A DNA stretch of 29,835 nucleotides from Candidatus Woesearchaeota archaeon (GTDB lineage: Archaea > Nanobdellota > Nanobdellia > Pacearchaeales > GW2011-AR1), in NCBI GenBank assembly GCA_964353375.1, contig CAYGVK010000001.1, forward strand, positions 315 through 30,149. Direction: 5' to 3'. The notes beneath the pieces are model-generated. The model was not told where the DNA came from. It saw only the letters and a program-made list of their open reading frames with translations, and searched no databases. Both the position numbers and the translations under genes were made by a program. Shown one piece after another: positions 26,163-29,835 of the stretch (within the stretch, counting starts at the first letter, position 1; each line of letters begins with the position of its first letter).

Positions 26163-26417
26163 TCACTCAACCTCTACCTCTGTATTCATAGCTTGTCCAG
26201 GCAAACCTTTTTCAAAAATACTTCTAACCATGCCTTTGTTTCCATGAGTACTTGATATTTTCCCATTTATTTTTTTACCAGCAGGGCTTGTCCATATTAA
26301 TTTTTTTCCAACAAATTTTTCAGCCTCTTCTTTTGTTTTTGCACCTACATCTATAATATAATGTCTTTCATGAATCCTTTTCAAACTTCTTCTAAATTGT
26401 ATAACTTTTGCTTTCAT
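26163..26417 (-). CDS. rpl35ae: 50S ribosomal protein L35Ae (eL33)
   Basis: GKISSTHGNKGMVRSIFEKGLPGQA is the L35Ae signature region. Confidence 0.92.
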   Translation of the reverse strand: MKAKVIQFRRSLKRIHERHYIIDVGAKTKEEAEKFVGKKLIWTSPAGKKINGKISSTHGNKGMVRSIFEKGLPGQAMNTEVEVE

Positions 26418-26624
26418 TTTTATTTATCTTTATTAATTTCTTTATTAACTTTTATACATCGCCACTCGAAAACGTGTATCTTCTTGCTCTCTAATTCTAT
26501 AAGTTAATAATATAGAGTTATTAATAGATTATTAATAATTTAGGTTTTTAAGAGTTTTTAAAGGTTTTTAAAACTATTATTGAACAATAGAAATCCTTAT
26601 AACTCTTTTATTAATAAAAAAATA

Positions 26625-26873
26625 ATGGCAGTCCAAACAACCCCATTAGAAATAACAGTAGAAATTCCATCAGGGTTATTAACAAGATTTTTTAGAAGAA
26701 CTAAAATCTCGAGTAATGGAGAAATAATAAAAGGACTTGAAAGAGATGAAAAAAGAGAATTTAAACATGGCTGCACACCAATATATATAGATGGAGTTGC
26801 AACAGGACATTATATATTAAGAATCTCTCATATGATTGATAAAACATTAAAAAGATATTATGTTTTAGAATAA
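26625..26873 (+). CDS. Hypothetical protein (82 aa)
   Basis: The track start 26580 is TTG; ATG 26625 (MAVQTTPLE) lies about 22 nt after a TATA-like CTTATAAC. Confidence 0.55.
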   Translation: MAVQTTPLEITVEIPSGLLTRFFRRTKISSNGEIIKGLERDEKREFKHGCTPIYIDGVATGHYILRISHMIDKTLKRYYVLE

Positions 26874-26889
26874 GAATAAAATTCTTTAA

Positions 26890-28677
26890 TCAAAACCCAA
26901 TTTCAAATTCACCAAGCTCTTTCTTTAGCAAATTAAGAATTTTATTATCTAATTTATCAGGCTTGCCTTTAAAATCAGCTAGAACATTATTAAACTCAGT
27001 TATATTTGAATCTTCTATTTTATTTGTTATTTTCTTAATTTTGTCTTTTTGAATTAAAAACATTGGTTTTGTTAAAAATAATTCAGCTGTTTTTCCTTTA
27101 GCATTAATTATAAGTTTTGTTTTTTCTACTAATCCCAAATCTTTTCTCTGTGCATATTCAATTAAGTCATTTATTAGATAAGCTGTGGCTGATCTTATTT
27201 TTTCAAACTCATATTTATCTAATGGCTTTTTCTGTTTAAGCTTTTTGCTTATATTCATTAATTCATTTAAAGTATGAAGATATTTTGGATTTGTTTTTCC
27301 CTTATTAACAAGTTCTTTTTCAAATTCATTAATCAATTCTTTCTCAGTTTTATTTCCAAAAATTGATTTTAAAAGCTTAACAACATTTGCATGAATCTCA
27401 ACCAAATCTTTTTCCTGAATCCTTTTTTCAATCTGCTCTCTTAATTCTTTTAATCTTTTCAAATAATCTTCAGCATCTTTCAATAATTTATCAACTTCTT
27501 TTCCTGTAACTGTCTTGATTTCCATATGCTCATAACCTTTATAATATTTAATCAAGATAGTTTCTAAAATATCAATATATTTTTTCTCAAGCATTTTTTC
27601 TTTTTCCATAAATATTTTTTTCATTTGTCCAGGAGTTTCTTTTACATTTGGAGGAGGCAATCCATATAACATTAAAAGAGCTTGTGTTGGAGTAATAACT
27701 CCCCAATAAATATCACCCATTACAATATCAAGTAATTTTCTTTCAACAATCTGCCTTGTTTTGTCTCCCATTGACATAAACATATCAATTGCTTCTGGAG
27801 AAGGTTTAATCTTGCCCATCCTTAATAATAATTTCCAAGGCAAAAACCCTCCTCTGTCATACAAAGGAATACCGTCTCTTATAAAATTAAAAAATACAGG
27901 ATTAGCATCTTTAACACCTTCCCAAAATTCTGTCAATAAATAAACCTGAACATTAAGCTTATTTTTTACTCCTGCTAATTGTTCTGCTTCTAAAATATAA
28001 CTGTAAATTATGTTTCTTAACTTGTCTTTTAATTCCAACCTTGGCATTCTCTTGACATCTGTATCATCAATTATGATTGCTATATCAACATCACTTGTTT
28101 TAGTTAAATCTCCTCTTACAACACTCCCCCATATAACATAACTATAAACATATTTTTCAAACTTTCTTAATACTAATGATTTGTGAACTTGTGAAACCCT
28201 CAAGCTTGCTAATGTTCCTTTGTCATGCATTGGAAAACTCATTCCAATTGCTTCAATAACATCAAACTTGCTGTCCATGCAAATCTCCCATAAATCCATA
28301 ATTAAAAAAAGATTTAACCAAACATTCAATTTATCTTCTTTAATTTTAGATAAAATTTCCTGTTTAATCTTGTTGTATTCTTTTTCTTTGTCATCAGGCA
28401 TTACAATAACAATATGAATTGGCTTCTTTTCTTTTTCTTCTTTTGTTAATTCATTTTCCTCATCAAATCTAACTGCTGCCTGAGGGGGGATGATTCCAAT
28501 TGATTCAATAAAATCATATTTTTTTAAAAGAAATTTTTTAAAAGATTCTAATTGCGCCCTTGTTTTTTCCATTTCTTTTTTCTGTTTTTCATTCTCAGGG
28601 CTAGAAACACTTGCTCCAGGCAATTGTGGATTATACTTTATATCTTCTAATGGTTTATACTCAATATTATTTGTCAT
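26890..28677 (-). CDS. Nucleotidyltransferase-domain protein: degenerate N-terminal NTase-like domain, intact MNT domain, HEPN-like domain and C-terminal extension
   Basis: YVIWGSVVRGDLTKTSDVDIAIIIDD; the following region aligns by eye with the 18788..19630 protein. Confidence 0.8.
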   Translation of the reverse strand: MTNNIEYKPLEDIKYNPQLPGASVSSPENEKQKKEMEKTRAQLESFKKFLLKKYDFIESIGIIPPQAAVRFDEENELTKEEKEKKPIHIVIVMPDDKEKEYNKIKQEILSKIKEDKLNVWLNLFLIMDLWEICMDSKFDVIEAIGMSFPMHDKGTLASLRVSQVHKSLVLRKFEKYVYSYVIWGSVVRGDLTKTSDVDIAIIIDDTDVKRMPRLELKDKLRNIIYSYILEAEQLAGVKNKLNVQVYLLTEFWEGVKDANPVFFNFIRDGIPLYDRGGFLPWKLLLRMGKIKPSPEAIDMFMSMGDKTRQIVERKLLDIVMGDIYWGVITPTQALLMLYGLPPPNVKETPGQMKKIFMEKEKMLEKKYIDILETILIKYYKGYEHMEIKTVTGKEVDKLLKDAEDYLKRLKELREQIEKRIQEKDLVEIHANVVKLLKSIFGNKTEKELINEFEKELVNKGKTNPKYLHTLNELMNISKKLKQKKPLDKYEFEKIRSATAYLINDLIEYAQRKDLGLVEKTKLIINAKGKTAELFLTKPMFLIQKDKIKKITNKIEDSNITEFNNVLADFKGKPDKLDNKILNLLKKELGEFEIGF

Positions 28678-28926
28678 AATTAATCAAAAAATATAACCTA
28701 TTTAAACATTACTACTTAAAACTGATAAACTAAACTAACAGTATAAAAACATATTTTCTTTAACGATAATTAAAAGAATTATCATAAATAATATTATAAT
28801 AAATATATATTACATCATATATATTATAAAATATATTATAAAAGATATAATTAAAGACAAAAAGAATAAACTTAAAAACCAAAAATTCTTTACTAAATAA
28901 CAAATATTATAAAAAGGAGGTGAAAA

Positions 28927-29202
28927 ATGGCAAAGCTAAATAAAAACCATATAGGGTTAACAGTTGGAATATTTTTTGCAATAATACATGCTGTTTGGGC
29001 ATTAATAATTGCGATTACTCCAAGCAGTGTGCAAAAATTCCTTGACTTGATATTTCCAATGCATTTCCTAAACAATGTATATTCTGTAACTTCATTTAAT
29101 ATAAGTTATGCAGTTTTATTAATCATATTTGCATTTGTTGGAGGATATATCTGCGGATGGGTGTTTGCAGCAATCTCAAACTGGTTTGCAAAGAAAAAGT
29201 AA
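28927..29202 (+). CDS. Small membrane protein (DUF5676-like)
   Basis: GIFFAIIHAVWALII...FLDLIFPMHF pattern and two hydrophobic helices; SD AGGAGGTGA. The family name is from recall. Confidence 0.7.
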   Translation: MAKLNKNHIGLTVGIFFAIIHAVWALIIAITPSSVQKFLDLIFPMHFLNNVYSVTSFNISYAVLLIIFAFVGGYICGWVFAAISNWFAKKK

Positions 29203-29290
29203 ATTTATTTAATTTTTATTATTATTTAATAAGGTAAACTTTAAAAGTCCTTAATTTATTATATTTTTAAGATTAATCAAATTAATTTAT

Positions 29291-29361
29291 GGACTCATAA
29301 GCTAGCGGTAAACTGACTCGTTTACACCGAGTATTCCGAGGTTCAACTCCTCGTGGGTCCA
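29291..29361 (+). tRNA. tRNA-Val (TAC), no encoded CCA
   Basis: Acceptor GGACTCA/TGGGTCC, anticodon arm ACTCG-TTTACAC-CGAGT, T arm CGAGG-TTCAACT-CCTCG, discriminator A. Confidence 0.95.
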
Positions 29362-29387
29362 TATTTTCATAAGGAGATAAAAGTAAA

Positions 29388-29735
29388 ATGGAATATTTTT
29401 CAAAAAGAACCGGTATATGTCTATTTGTTATAGGAATTGCAATGTTTTTACTTAATTACTTTACCTCAACATGGTGGAATATAGATATTGATATTCTTAG
29501 TGCAATGATTGCAGTTCTTAGTTTAGTTATTGTAATAGCGACGAGTTCTAAAATGAAAAAGTCAAAAGAATGGTTAACAAGAAAGAATGGAATATGGTTG
29601 TGTGTAATTGGAGTAATAATAGAGATTATAATCGGACTTCTAAATCTTTTAGGACTTAGTAGCAATGGTGGTGGCTTTGGTGCAATAGTTTTTGTTTTAG
29701 GTATAATACTTATAGCTGTGAGATGGAAACATTAA
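29388..29735 (+). CDS. Four-TM membrane protein with an internal duplication
   Basis: FSKRTGICLFVIGI and LTRKNGIWLCVIGV are similar halves; GGAG SD upstream. Confidence 0.7.
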   Translation: MEYFSKRTGICLFVIGIAMFLLNYFTSTWWNIDIDILSAMIAVLSLVIVIATSSKMKKSKEWLTRKNGIWLCVIGVIIEIIIGLLNLLGLSSNGGGFGAIVFVLGIILIAVRWKH

Positions 29736-29766
29736 AAAGAAAAAGGAGTGGGCTAAACAGCCCGTT
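29736..29766 (-). terminator. Hairpin followed by a U-rich tract (terminator-like on the minus strand)
   Basis: GGGCT-AAAC-AGCCC stem at 29750-29763; the minus strand continues actcctttttcttttt. Confidence 0.45.
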
Positions 29767-29835
29767 GTAACTGAACCATCTTAAAGAAGTAGCTCGTTAG
29801 AAAAGGTTACCTTTTTGTTCTATTTGTTTAAACTG

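Noticed and set aside
28690-28900. Extremely AT-rich spacer as a replication origin
   Set aside because: No ORB-like repeats or cdc6/orc1 nearby; it is explained by divergent promoters.
23399-29361. Integrated element bounded by the two tRNAs
   Set aside because: The interval holds core genes (metG, rpl10e, rpl35ae); no integrase or duplicated tRNA 3' end was seen.
7310-29665. Other short overlapping track ORFs (e.g. 7310, 8371, 9279, 9581, 10688, 12194, 13482, 15233, 15834, 16073, 16950, 18907, 20408, 21535, 24797, 25698, 27761, 28220, 28893, 29456)
   Set aside because: Each overlaps a well-supported gene on the opposite strand or in another frame and lacks recognisable features.
29797-29835. 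Possible 3' end of a minus-strand gene (QFKQIEQKGNLF*)
   Set aside because: Only 12 codons are visible; plausible given the adjacent terminator-like hairpin, but not supportable.

Overview
AT-rich archaeal window, most consistent with a DPANN (Nanoarchaeota: Pacearchaeota/Woesearchaeota-like) genome. The basis is L10e and L35Ae, an archaeal ThrRS editing domain, class III signal peptides and TATA-proximal start codons. The left third is a type IV pilus-like locus: a partial secretion ATPase divergent from six class III signal-peptide genes, including a large vWA adhesin. A SleB-family cell-wall hydrolase follows. The centre holds a compact, apparently foreign three-gene RiPP-like operon: a radical SAM/SPASM enzyme split by one frameshift at its GGE motif, a 90-aa precursor with seven [Y/H]-x-[D/E] motifs, and a C39-like peptidase. 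The rest holds thrS, ppsA, metG, rpl10e, rpl35ae, tRNA-Gly(CCC), tRNA-Val(TAC), two paralogous nucleotidyltransferase/HEPN-like fusions and several hypothetical genes. Intergenic spacers carry two dispersed repeat families and one GC-rich hairpin. All calls are by eye from motifs; no database searches were run.
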